Positions 1 through 12,480 of a stretch of 64,000 bases of DNA are shown piece by piece. The stretch lies in contig CM075994.1 in assembly GCA_038087875.1 (NCBI GenBank), positions 682,001 through 746,000 on the forward strand, in the 5' to 3' direction. The notes beneath the pieces were generated by a model. The model had not been told where the DNA came from. It was given only the letters and a program-made list of their open reading frames with translations, and did no database searches. Position 1 is the first letter of the stretch; each line of letters starts with the position of its first letter. This DNA comes from Malacoraja senta (Eukaryota). The position numbers were made by a program, and so were the translations under genes.

Positions 1-26
1 CAATTTACAATTTACTGAAGCACTTA

Positions 27-496
27 AGGGCTTGTCCCACTTACGCGACCTTGGCTCGCAAATTACGCAACCTCGTGGTCCCTTGAGGCGTACGGGCATC
101 GTATGGCCGCGCGGGGCCGGTCCCACTTAGAAGCGCGGAGGCGTATGGAGTTGCGCGGGGCCGGTCCCGACATCGCGCGGGGCTCCGACATTCTTGCAGT
201 GACCGAAATCTTCGCGCGCCAACGGCCTGTCGGCCCGCGTTCGCACGCAGGCGCATTGCTGTCGTACGCAGCTCTTAACGTCATACGCAGCGTCTTGACA
301 GCATACGCCTAGCACGTGGCGTTGCGTGATGACGTCACCTCCCGACGCTGTGCGACGCCCAAATTCAGTCGGCCCGCCTCCTGCCCAGCTGATTTGTAAA
401 CATGACGTAAAGACGTCACGCGCGAACTTCGTGCGACCTCCGCTTTCGGTTGGTCACGCCAAACGCACGCAATCGCATGCAAGTGGGACAGGCCCT
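27..496. mobile_element. Non-autonomous PIF/Harbinger-type MITE (470 bp, CpG-rich)
   Basis: Terminal inverted repeats AGGGCTTGTCCCACTT (27-42) and AAGTGGGACAGGCCCT (481-496, 1 mismatch). A 3-bp TTA duplication flanks it (24-26, 497-499). It interrupts a SINE segment. Confidence 0.8.
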
Positions 497-1799
497 TTAA
501 CCTACAAATCTGGACGTCTTTGGAGTGTGGGCAGGCGAGCCGACCTGGGACTGGCTGTAACGCCCAGGTCACAAAGCATGGGGGGGGATCGTCCCCCACC
601 TCTCAAAACATGGGGGGACAGCCCCCCCCCCCAGGATTTCCGCCCATGATTGGCTCATCAAGTCTACTCCGCCATTCAATCATGGCTGATCCTTCTGCCA
701 CAGATTCACCACCCTGTTGTGTTTCTTCATCTCATTACTGTCCTTGTTCTTCACACCAACGCTGTTTGTTGTTGAATCTTCTGCCTTCCACTCCCACCTT
801 ATCATAAATGTTCCTTTATGACCTCCATTTCACTTCTGCCATTGGGACTAGGTACAGGAATCTGAAAAGTGTAACGTCCAAGTTCAGGAACAGCTTCTTC
901 CCAACAGCCATCAAGCCATTGAACACTACCAGCTATTTACTTTTTTACATATCTTTAATTTCATTATACCGCTGTCCACATCTCTCGTTTCTCTTTCCCG
1001 TGATTCTCAGTCTGAAGAAGGGTCTCGACCAGAAATGTCACCTATTCCTTTTCTCCAGAGATGCTGCCTGACCTGCTGAGTACTCCAGCTTTTTGTGTCT
1101 ATCTTTGGTTTAAACCAGCATCCGCAGTTCCTTCCTAACAATTCGATGAATTCCTTTCCCAGACACAGTCTCAAGTAATTCGAGAATTTCATAATAGTTT
1201 TCTCAATTTCTAATTTCGAGCACTTTTAGTCTTCTTTCCACCAACATGGATTTTCTCTTCATTCGTTCTTGCAGAATGAAGTGATGGTATCTCAGCATAT
1301 AACACAGTTGAGTTGTCGTTGATGAAGTCTGCAAGCAAATCCGATAAAGCAAGTCACAAACAGATCTGATGGACATAACCAGCAACGATGTGAACTTCAA
1401 CAGAGTAAAATGACCCAAGGCATTTCACTGGAGCATTATTGAGCAAAGTTTGACAATTGTTCTTAAGGAGACTTACTGTATTAAGATCAACACTAAATGC
1501 TGGAGTAACTCAGCCGGACAGGCAGCATCTCTGGAGAGATGAGATGGGTGACGTTTCGGGTCGAGACCCTTCTTCCACACTTACAGTATTAAGATTGAAA
1601 GTCAATGACTGGTCAAAGATGGGGAGATTTCAGGAAGAAACTCCCAACCCAGCAAACTGATGATACTGCCTCAAAGAGTGGATTAATGAATATATGATGC
1701 CCCTGGAGCTAAGAACAGGAGGAACACATACATTGCACAGTTCAAGGCCAGAAGAGGTGAGAAAGGAAGAGACCAGAAGAGATGTGCAAGCATGATTCC

Positions 1800-2215
1800 A
1801 GAGGCTCTGTGCAAGAATGGACAGAGACAGCTGGACTTTTTGAGGAGGCTCCACTCCTTCAACATCTGCATTGAGATGCAGCAGATGTTCTGCCAATCTG
1901 TGGTGGCCAGTGCCATGTTCTTCGCTGCCGTGTGATGGGGCAGCAGGGCAAAGGCCACAGACGCCAACAGGATCAACAAACTCATCAGGAAGGCTGGCTC
2001 CATCTTGGGGGTGGAGTTGGATTCATGGGAGGTGGTCTTGGAGGGGAGGATGCTCCTCAAACTGTGATGTATCCTGGACAATACAGCTCACCCCCTGCAT
2101 GACAAACTGGTCAACCTGAGGAGCACCTTCAGTAACAGACAGGTTCCACCAAGATGCACCACAAAATGCCACAGGAGATCCTTCTTCCCTGTGGTTATCA
2201 AACTGTACACCCCCT
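1800..2215 (+). mobile_element. Degraded 3' fragment of a Rex1/Babar-like LINE ORF
   Basis: Translates to RLDFLRRLHSFNIC...QSVVASAMFFAAV*WG...ANRINKLIRKAGSILG, typical of the C-terminal region after RT in Rex1-type elements. Contains stops. Confidence 0.65.
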
Positions 2216-2617
2216 CCCCCTTCTGTTGTGGGGTAGACTGACTCCCCCTTCTGTCGTGGGGTAGAAGGATGGAGTAAAACCGGTGCGCGCAAAGTGTAAC
2301 TAAATGATGATTTAATTTTTTTCTTCTACAATTATGACGAAGGTTAAGATAGCTGTACATCACAATGTGGAAGCTGCAGTATGACAAAGGTACGGATAGC
2401 TGCACAGCACATCAACCTTTAGGCATTCATTGATGCACATCAATGTTCCTGATAGGTATTGATGTTCATTGAATTTGATGTACCCCAATGTTTTAGGATG
2501 GGTATTACTTGAAGCACACTACAAGGTTCGTGATATTGAAAATTAAATAAAGGATTAAATGGCATGTAGGTTTACTTGTATTGCATTTGTCCATTAATGT
2601 TTTGAGAACATATTAGA

Positions 2618-3480
2618 TACATAGATACATAGAAACATAATCAATAGGTGCATGAGTAGGCCATTCGGCCATTCAATGTGATCATGACTGATCATCAAAA
2701 ATCAGTACCCTGTTCCTGCTTTCTCCCCATAATCCATGATTCCACTAGCCCAGTGAATCATCCTGCACTGCCTTCTGAGGCAGAGAATTCCACAAATTCA
2801 CAACTCTCTGTGTGAAAAAGTTTTTCTCATCTCAGTTCTAAATGGCCTACCCCTTATTCATAAACTGTGGCCCCTGGTTCTGGACTCCCCCAACATCGGG
2901 AACATATTTCCTGCCTCAAGCATGTCAAATCCTTCTAAACTCCAGTGTATACAAGCCTAGCCGCTCCATTCTTTCAACATATGACAGTCCCGCCATCCTG
3001 GGAATTAACCTTGTAACCTACGATGCACTCCCTCAATAGCAAGAATACTCCAGGTGTGGTCTCACTAGGGCCCTGTACAACTGTCGAAGGACCACTTTGC
3101 TCCTATACACAACTCCTCTTCTTATGAAGGCCAACATGCCATTAGCTTTTCTCATGCCTGCTGTGCCTGCATGCTTACTTTCAGTGACTGATGAACAACG
3201 ACACCCAGATCTCGTTGTAATTCCCCTTTTCCCAATTTGACACCATTCAGATAATCATCTGCTTTCCTGTTCTTGCCACCAAAGTGGATAACCTCACATT
3301 TATCCACATTATACTGCATCTGCCATGCATCTGCCCACTCACCCAACCTGTCCAAGTCACCCTGCATCCTCATAGCATCCTCTTCACAGTTCACACTGCC
3401 ACCCAGCTTTGTGTCACCTGCAAATTTGTTAAAGTTACTCTTCATCCCTTCATCTAAATCATTGATGTATATTGTAAATA
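2618..3480 (-). mobile_element. CR1-like LINE 3' fragment with internal deletions
   Basis: ORF 3152-3445 (KFAGDTKLGG...WADAWQMQYNVDKCEVIHFG) is CR1 RT. The short tandem tail lies at 2618-2640. Confidence 0.85.
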
Positions 3481-3531
3481 TACAATATACAGTCGTTCAG
3501 TAACTGGGACTGTGTTGCTCTCCTGATGCAC

Positions 3532-3697
3532 AAGTAAATAAAGTGTGTCTGGAAAATGAATGGAAGTTGTCAAAGTGAATAAAGTGTGTCTGTAAAATGT
3601 ATGGAAGTTGTCAAAGTGAATAAAGTGTGTCTGGAAAATGAATGGAAGTTGTCAAAGTGAATAAAGTGTGTCTGGAAAATGAATGGAAGTTGTCAAA
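3532..3697. repeat. Minisatellite, 41-bp unit x4
   Basis: AAAGTGTGTCTGGAAAATGAATGGAAGTTGTCAAAGTGAAT recurs at 3540, 3581, 3622 and 3663. Confidence 0.95.
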
Positions 3698-3827
3698 GAG
3701 TCCAGTTGATCGGCGATGACAACATCACAAAGGGGTTGAAAATCATGAAGGGTATAGACAACTTAAATAGAGGAAAATTGTTTTGTTGGATGTTTCAAGC
3801 ATTTAGGGACTTGCAATGAAGATGATG

Positions 3828-4105
3828 GGTGGCACAAAGGCTACTGCCTTGCTGCACCAGAGACCCCGGTTTGTTACCGACTACGGGTGCTGTCTTTAAG
3901 GAGTTTGTACGTTCTCCCCGTGACCTGCATGGGTATTTGCCCAGTGCTCCAATTGCTTCCCACACTCCAAAGATGTACAGGTTTGTAGGTTAATTGGCTT
4001 GGTATAAATGTAAATTGTCCCTAGTGTGTGTAGGATAGTGTTAATGTGCGGAGATCACTGGTCGGCGCGGACTCGGTGGGCCGAAGGGCCTGTTTCTGCG
4101 CTGTT
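3828..4105 (+). mobile_element. tRNA-derived V-SINE (HE1-like), representative copy
   Basis: tRNA-like head, V-domain GGAGTTTGTACGTTCTCCCCGTGACC, and CR1-like tail GGGCCGAAGGGCCTGTTTC. Further copies lie near 7990, 10457, 11600(-), 23072, 24263, 24617, 28322, 29932, 30449, 37250, 39870(-), 45472, 53780 and 58202. Confidence 0.85.
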
Positions 4106-4451
4106 TCGTGGTTAGTCTTGCCCCTCCCCCCAACCATGTTTCTTTCATGCCTATGTTATCCCAGTTCCATGGACTAATCCATGACCTGACTTCAGGTTTC
4201 TTGCATTAAATTACTTCAGTTTATTCTATCATATCTTCATCTTATCCTGTCTTGCCCCTGCCTATCTCACCTGTTAAACCTGTTCAGTTTAACACTTCTA
4301 CAGATGCACCAAGGAAAGCATTTGATCAGGATGCATCACAGCTTGGTTTGGGAACACCTACATCCAAGACCGCAAGAAATTGCAGTGAATTGTGGACGCG
4401 GGCGGCCCAGGCCATCACACAAACCAGCCTCCCTTCCATTGACTCCATTTG

Positions 4452-5040
4452 TCTGCAGTTGTATAGGGCCCTAGTGAGACTACACTGGAGTATTGTGTGC
4501 AGTTGTGGTCCCCTAATTTGAGGAAGGACATTCTTGCTATTGAGCGTGCAGCGTAGGTTTACAAGGTTAATTCCCGGGATGGCAGGACTGTCATATACTG
4601 AGAGAATGGAGTGGCTGGGCTTGTATAGTCTGGAGTTTAGAAGGATGAGAGAAGATCTTATGGAAACATATAAGATTATTAAGGGTTTGGACACGCTAGA
4701 GGCAGGAAACATGTTCCCGATGTTGGGGGAGTCCAGAACCAGTGGCCACATTTAACAATAAGGGGTAAGCCATTTAGAACGTAGATGAGGAAACACTTTT
4801 TAACATAGAGAATTGTGAGTCGGTGGAATTCTCTGCCTCAGAGGGCGGTGGAGGCTGGTTCTCTGGATACTTTCAAGAGAGAGTTAGATAGAGCTCTTAA
4901 AGATAGCGGAGTCAGGGGATATGGGGAGAAGGCAGGAACGGGGCACTGATTGGGGATGATCAGCCATGATCACATTGAATGGCGGTGCTGGCTCGAAGGG
5001 CCAAATGGCCTACTCCTGCACCTATTGTCTATTGTCTATT
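4452..5040 (+). mobile_element. CR1-like LINE 3' fragment
   Basis: Translates to LYRALVRLHW...VQRRFTRLIPGMAGLSY...LGLYSLEFRR. The 3' UTR ends in (CTATTGT)n. Confidence 0.85.
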
Positions 5041-5599
5041 TTCATTTACACCTCACGCTGCCTCGGCAAAGGCAGCAGCATAATCAAGGATGAGTCGCAC
5101 CCATGCCACTCCCTCTTCTCCCCTCCCCCATCGGGCAAAAGGCATTGAAATGTGAAAACGCACACCTCCAGATTCAGGGACAGTTTCTTCCCAGCTGTGA
5201 TCAGGCAACTGGATAATCCTACTTCTCCGGCCAGACTGATTGTCCTGCTGATTAAATTTTATATTGTACGGCTCATTGTCACCTTCCCCTCAGCTAACAA
5301 TGATCCATTCTACATATTCCTTGAACTTCGTCCCCTTTGATCTTTTGTTTTCACACCTTACTCTTCCCTCTCCCCTGACTCTCAACCTGAAGAAAGGTCT
5401 CAACCCGAAAACGTCACCCATTCCTTCTATCCAGAGATGCTGCCTGTCCCGCTGAGTTACTCCAGCAATTTGTGCCTATCCCCTAGCTCTTGATTTCCCT
5501 ACTCTGGCTGCATGTTACTGTCTAATACAACCAACAGTTTTGTAAAAGGTAGAAAACCAGTTGCTTTGGCCTGGTGCTATTGTTACTTTCAATGTAAAA

Positions 5600-7326
5600 A
5601 GAACAGAGGGATCTAGGAATAACTGTGCATAGTTCCCTGAAGGTGGAATCTCATGTAGATAGGGTGGTAAAGAAAGCTTTTGGTGTGCTGGCCTTTATAA
5701 ATCAGAGCATTGAATATAGAAGTTGGGATGTAATGTTAAAATTGTACAAGGCATTGGTGAGGCCAATTCTGGAGTATGGAGTACAATTTTGGTCGCCTAA
5801 TTATAGGAAGGATGTCAACAAAATAGAGAGAGTACAGAGGAGATTTACTAGAATGTTGCCTGGGTTTCAGCAACTAAGTTACAGAGAAAGGTTGAACAAG
5901 TTAGGTCTTTATTCTTTGGAGCGCAGAAGGTTAAGAGGGGACTTGATAGAGGTCTTTAAAATTATGAGCAGGTTAGACAGAGTTGACGTGGGTTTTTCCA
6001 TTGAGAGTAGGCAAGATTCAAACAAGGGGACATGACTTGAGAAGTAAGGGACAGAGGTTTAGGGGTAACATTAGGGGGAACTCAAGGGAGGAGGAGCCAT
6101 GTTGGGGAATGGCTGCTAAGCAGCAGCCGTCCGTTTAATTCACTTTTTAAAATAGTTTCAGTGTGTCCAGTGTCTCGTCCGTTGGAGTAATCTACTTTTT
6201 ATATGTAGGGTGAATGGGGGTAACTATATTCTAGGTCCCTACCTGGTCGGTGAGGCAGCTTTTTCTCCGGGCTGCCCCGTCGACCCGTCTTCGTGGCCTA
6301 CCAGCGGGCTTGGAGCGCCGTTTCCTGATGGGGACCGCCCAGCACCTCGGCTTCGGTGGCGGCACAGTGCTAGAGCGCTATCGCGGAGCGGAGCGGGCGA
6401 TGCCTTACCTGGGTCGCCGCGCTGGATCGACGCGCTGGAGCTCCGGTGAGCTGTGATCGCCGAGCTCAACACCTCCGGGCTGCGGGTCTGCGGAGAGGAG
6501 TGGGCGGCGCCGACTGCAACATCGGGACGCTGGGAGCTCCAAACCGGCGCGGCCTTGTCGGCTTCGGAAGCCGTGGCTTCCGGTAAGGAATGCGGCCGTT
6601 CCAGGTGGCCCAGCCGCTGAAAGGACTCTCCCGACGCCGGGGCAACAGCACCCGGTGAGAACGGCCAGGAACATCGGGCCTCCGTAGAGGCAATAGCGGA
6701 GGCCTCAATAGGCCTGACTTTGGGGAGAACTGGGGTTGGGGACTGGACATTGTGCCTTCCCCCACAGTGGTAACCATTGTGGGGGGATTATTTTTGTGTG
6801 TACTGTCTATGTTCGTCTGTGTCCAAAATGGCGGTCGGAAGGGAGAGTGGACGCTGGCGCGGTTTAGCTGCCGCTGCTCTCTCTTCACATTGTGTTTCTG
6901 ATTTTTTTGTTTTGTTTTTTTGATCGAATTTCTGTCTTTAATTTGTGTATTGGTGATGTCTTTATAACTTATTTTACTCTGATTATATGTTTCTTTGTTA
7001 AATTTTGTAAGGTGTCCTTGAGACTTTTGTATAGGCGCCCATAAATAAAATTTATTATTATTATTATTAACTTCTTTACTCAGAGAGAGGTAGCTGTGTG
7101 GAATGAGCTTCCAGTGGAAGTGGTGGAGGCTGGTTCGATTTTATCCTTTAAAAATAGATTGGATGGGTATATGGACGGGAAAGGAATGGAGGGTTATGGT
7201 CTGAGTGCAGGTAGATGGGACTAGGGGGAAGTATTTATTTTAAAAAAAAAAAAATGTCCGGCATGCACTTGAAGGGCCGAGATGGCCTGTTTCCGTGCTG
7301 TAATGGTTATATGGTTATATGGTTAT
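5600..7326 (+). mobile_element. CR1-like LINE 3' fragment split by an insertion at 6083-7068
   Basis: ORF 5625-6035 contains LYKALVRPILEYGVQFWSP. The sequence resumes at 7069 (AACTTCTTTACTCAGAG) and ends in an (ATGGTTAT)n tail. Confidence 0.85.
6083..7068 (+). mobile_element. GC-rich non-autonomous retroelement with (TTA)n tail
   Basis: Interrupts the CR1 fragment with a short AACT duplication and ends AATAAATAAAATTTATTATTATTATT. No recognisable coding ORF. Confidence 0.6.
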
Positions 7327-9164
7327 AAAATCATGAGAGGAATAGATCGGGTAGACGCACAAATTCAATAGGTGAATCGAGGACCAGAGGACACAAGTTT
7401 ACGGTGAAGGGAAAAAGATTTAATAGGAATCTGAGGGGTAACGTTTTCACACAAAGGGTGGCGGGTGTATGGAACAAGCTGCCAGAGGAGGTAGTTGAGG
7501 CTGGGACTATCCCAACGTTTAAGAAACATTTAGACAGGTACATGGATAGGTCAGGTTTGGAGAGATATGGGCCAAACGCAGGCAGGTGGGACTAGTGTAG
7601 CTGGGACATGTTGGCCAGTTTAGTTTAGTTTAGTTTAGTTTATTATTATCACATGTTCCGGGCACGTTGGACTGAAGGGCTTGTTTCCATACTGTATCAC
7701 TCTATGACTGTAGGTCTCTATGTCTTCACCACTTCCCAAATTGAATTAAAAGAAACCATGCAAATACTTGAATTGTAAACAGAAAGTAGATTTAACCACA
7801 AGAACAGGAAATGTGAGAAAAAGCCCCGGGGCCATTGTATGTAATGGGTGAGGTGGAGAGATATCTCTGTGATAAAGTTTGGGAGTGGTTTAGGTTTATT
7901 ATTGGCATGTGCACTGTGATACAGGGTGAAGATTTTGTTTTGCGTGCTATCCAAACAGATGAGGTAATGCACAACGTTTAATAAACAGGGTGGTGGCAGG
8001 ATGGCGCAGTGGTAGAGTTGCTGCCTCACAGCGCCAGAGACTAGGGTTCCATCCTGACTATGGGCGCTGTCTGTACGGCAATTGTACGTTCTTCCCGTGA
8101 CCTGCATGGGTTTTCTCTGGGATCTCCGGTTTCCTCCCACACTCCAAAGACGTTCACATTTGTAGGCCAATTGGCTGGGTAAAAATAATCAGTTTTCCCT
8201 AGTGTGTGTGTGTACGGGGTGATTGCTGGGCCATGTGGACTCGATGGGCCGAAGGGCCTGTTTCCGCTCTGTGTCTCTAAACTAAACTAAAAACATGTGG
8301 AGCAGATACTATCGCAACCTTTAAGAAACATTTAGACAGGTACATGGATAGGACAAGTTTGGAGGGAAAAGGGGCAAACCCACGCTGGTGGGACTGGTGT
8401 AGATGGGACATGTTGGCCGATGTGGGCAAGTTGGGCCGAAGGGCCTCTTTCTATGCTGTATCACTCTATGACTCTGCTGTATATGAATATAATCAAGCCA
8501 CACTCCAGTACAATAGGTAAAGCAAAGGGGAAAGATACAGAGTGCAGAATATAGTTCTCAGCATCGTAGCGTAACTGTTCCAGAGACACAGTCCAATGTC
8601 CGCAATGGGGTAGAGGTGAATCAAACAGTACCCCAGCTTATGGAAGGACCATTCAGAAGCCTGATAACAGAGGGGAAGAAGCTGTTCCTGAGTCTGGTGG
8701 TGCGCGCTTTCAAGCTTCTGTACCTCATAGGTCTTTGAATTATCTTTAATCGGACGTTATCAGACTTTAACGTTATATGTTGCATTAAAAGTAGTATGGA
8801 ACAAGCTGGCAGAGGAGGTAGTTCAGGCAGGAACTATCCCAACATTTAATAAACATTGAGACAGGTACATGGATAGGAAAGATTTGGAGGGATATGAAGC
8901 CAATGCAGGCAGGTGGCACTAGTGTAGATGGGACATGAGGGTGATTTAATTTAGTTTAGTTTAGTTTATTATTGTCACATATACCGGGCAAGTTGGGCCG
9001 AAGGGCTTGTTTCCATGCTGTATCACTCTATGACTATGACTATTTCACCCGGAGAGTTGTGAATCTGTCGAATTCTCTGCCACAGAAGGCTGTGGAGGCC
9101 AATTCACTGATGTTTTCAAGAGAGAGTTACATTTATGTCTTCGGGCTAACGGAATCAAGGGATA

Positions 9165-10028
9165 TTATTATTATTATTATTATTAATTATTTTATTGAAC
9201 ATGTTAAAAAAAATATACAAACACAAATAAACTTATAAGCAATAAAACAGAAAATAAAACACAAAGGAAAACAAACAAATAAGTAACTCAAATAATACAA
9301 ATAATATCGTTCATGTTCAAAAGGGGTAAGAAGAAGTTCGAAAACTTTTCTGGTCCTACCCCCTCTTATTTTCTATACATTTTCATGGAAAAACAAAATA
9401 ATGGGAACAAATGGACCCAAAATCTGTTGAACAGTCCACAAACAAAAAATAACCAAACAGAAAAGAAAATCACTGGTCCAGCTCATAACCATTCAATCTT
9501 TTGTTTCTGAAGAGTGTTTTTAGTTTGAATAGAGTCTTACATTTTTTCAGCTCATCATGGCAGTTATTCCAGAGACTAACACCCTTTGCTGTAACACAAT
9601 GGAGTTTTGCATTAGTTCTTATTGCCGGTTTTTCGAATATATAGGTTCCTCTCAGGTTGTGTTTGCTTTCTCTCCGTTGGAACAACCCCTGGATATTGCA
9701 AGGCAATTGCTGATTTGCTGCTTTGAACATAATTTGGATAGTTTTATAATCTGTCAGATCTTGAAATTTTAATGTTTTTAGTCTGATAAATAATGGTTTT
9801 GTTGATTGTCTGTAGGTGGTTTTATGTATAATTCATATTGCTCTTTTTTGGAGGATGAAGATTGGATGTGTATTTGTTTTGTATGTGTTTCCCCATACCT
9901 CCACACAGTAGATCATGTATGGGAGTATGAGGGAGCAGTACAACATATACAGGGAGGCTTGATTTAGTAGGTCTCTGGCTTTATTCAGTATTGCAATTGA
10001 TTTGGATATTTTGGCTTTAATATAATTT
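9165..10028 (-). mobile_element. L2-group (Crack/Daphne-like) LINE 3' fragment
   Basis: ORFs 9833-10084 (KISKSIAILNKAR...LYCSLILPYMIYCVEVWGNTY) and 9470-9730 (HNLRG...GVSLWNN), with an (AAT)n tail. Inserted into a CR1 3' UTR. Confidence 0.7.
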
Positions 10029-12075
10029 ATGTGAGAGAAAGCAGGAACAGGATACTGATTTAGCCAATGATCAGCCAATATCATACTGAATGGCGATGCT
10101 GGCTCGAATGGCCGAATGGCCTACTCCTGCACCTATTTTCTCTGTTTCTATAGAGTCATAGAAACTCTACGGACCGTTCAGATACCTTCATCACTTCCTC
10201 AATTGAGTTAAACGAAACCCCACAAATGCGAGAAATGAAAACAGAAAGTAGAGATTATGTCAGAAACTGGAGTGTGAGAAAAAGCCCCGTTGACATTGTA
10301 TGTAATGGGTGGGATGGAGAAAAATCTCTGTGATAAAGTTTGGGACAGGTTTAGGTTTATTATTGTCATGTGTGCTGTGATACAGGGTGAAGCTTTTGTT
10401 TTGTGTGCTGTCCAAACTGATCAGATATTACACCATGCACAACATTGAAGAAACACGGCGGTGGCATGGTGGCGCAGCGGTAGAGTTGCTGCCTCACAGC
10501 GCCAGAGACCAGGGTTCGATCCCGACTATGGGTGCTGTCTGTACGGAGTTTGTGCGTTCTCCCCGTGACCTGCATGTGCTTTCTCCGGGTTCTCCGGTTT
10601 CCTCCCGTACTCCAAAGACATACACATTTGTAGGCTATTTGGGCTGGTAAAAATTGTCAATTGTCCCTAGTGTGTGTGTGTGGGGTGATCGCTGGCCGGT
10701 ATGGACGCTATTGGCCGAAGGGCCTGTTTCCGCACTGTGTCTCTAAACTAAACTAAAAACATGTGGAGCAGAAACTATCGCTTTGTTTAAGAAACATTTA
10801 GACAGGTAAATGGATATAATAAGTTTAGAGGGATACGGAACAAGCGCAGGCAGGTGGGACTAGTGTAGATGGGAAATGTTGGTCTGTGTGGGCGTTGGGC
10901 CGAAGGGCCTATTTCTATGCTGCATCACTCTATGACTCTGCTGTACATGAATATAATCGAGCCACACTCCAGTACAATAGGTAGAGCAAACGGGAAAGAT
11001 ACAGTGTGCAGAATATAGTTCTCAGCATCGTAGCGTAACAGTTCCAGAGACACAGTCCAATGTCCGCAATGGGGTAGAGGTGAATCGGACAACACCCTAA
11101 CTTACGGAAGGACCGTTCAGAAGCCTGATAACAGAGGGGAAGAAGCTGTTCCTGAGTCTGGTGGTGCGCGCTTTCAAGCTTCTGTGCCTCAGAGACCTTT
11201 GAATTATATTTTATCGGACTTTAATGTTATATTTTGCATTAAATGTTGTCCCCTTTATCCTTCATCAGTGCACTGTGGACGGTCTAATTGTAATCACGTG
11301 TTGTCTTTTCACTGACTTGACAAGTCTCAACAGAAACGCTCTTCGCTGTACCTCGGCACACGTGACAATAAACAAAACTAAACTAAACTAAACCCCATTC
11401 TTCTGCCTTTTCTAAACCATTCCCTAAACCCCTTTCCTCCGACTGGAGAGCATGCAAACAAAAGCTTTTCACTGTATGTGACAATAATAAACTAAACTAA
11501 ACTAAACTAACCTAAACCAAACTAAACCAAACTAAACCAAACTCCTGCCGGATGGGAGAGGGGAGAAGAAGGAATGACCGAGGTGGGACAAGTTTAGTTT
11601 AGTTTAGAGATACAGCACGGAAATGGGCCCTTCATCCCACCAGGTGCACTCCGACCAGCGATCCCCACACATTAACACTATCCTACACCCACTAGGGACA
11701 ATTGTGTTTACATTTACCAAGCCAATTAACCTGTATGTCTTTGGCGTGTGGGAGGAAACTGAAGATCTTGATGAAACCCATGCAGGTCACGGGGAGAACG
11801 TACAAACTCCGTACAGACAGCACCCGTAGTCGGGATCGAACCCGGGTCGCTGGTGCTGCATTAACTGTGAGGCAGCAACTCTACCGCTGCGCCACCGTGA
11901 CCGCCCATAAGTCTTCGATGATGTTGGCTGCTTTCCCGAGGCAGCGTGAAGTGTAGATGGAGTCGATGGTGGGGGAGTCTGGTCTGTGTGATGGACTAGG
12001 CTACATCCACAACTCTCTGCAATTTCTTGGGCGGAGCTGTTCCCAAACCAAGCTGTGATGCATCCCAAATGTACG

Positions 12076-12480
12076 CAGGGCCGGATTTACGTATCAGCTT
12101 GACAAGCTTAAGCTTAGGGCCTCGAGATCTAGGGGGGCCTCGCAGAGCCGGAATTCCACTAGGCTTCATAGGCTGAAGCCTAGGGCCTTGAAATCTAGGC
12201 GGCCTCCGCCCAAGGCAGGACACCTGCCGTTCAACTCTGGGCGGGCCCCCCTCTCCATCTCTATCTCTCTCTGTCTGTCAATCTCCGTCTCCGCCCGCCA
12301 TCCGTATCCATGTCCGGGTCTCCATTCTCCACTCGTTCCTCATCCGCCGGCACGGCAGGCCGCCTTGCACATGCGCACTGCTACGGCAAGCACATCCTCC
12401 CCCCTGCACATGCGCACAACCACGGCCAGCACATCATCGGCCGCCCTGCGCATGCGCACTGCCACGGCATCTAGTCGGCG
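12076..12480 (+). mobile_element. Probable hAT-like DNA transposon left end(s) with GC-rich subterminal repeats
   Basis: Two tandem CAGGGCCGG/CAGAGCCGG starts (12076, 12143), each followed by TAGGGCC...TCTAGG. No matching right end found. Confidence 0.4.

Noticed and set aside
3532..3697. 41-bp repeat array as CRISPR-like
   Set aside because: The copies are head-to-tail with no unique spacers, there are no cas genes, and the context is eukaryotic.
7990..8062. tRNA genes suggested by A/B-box sequences (also at other SINE heads)
   Set aside because: Each continues into the V-SINE body and CR1-like tail, so these are SINE heads rather than tRNAs.
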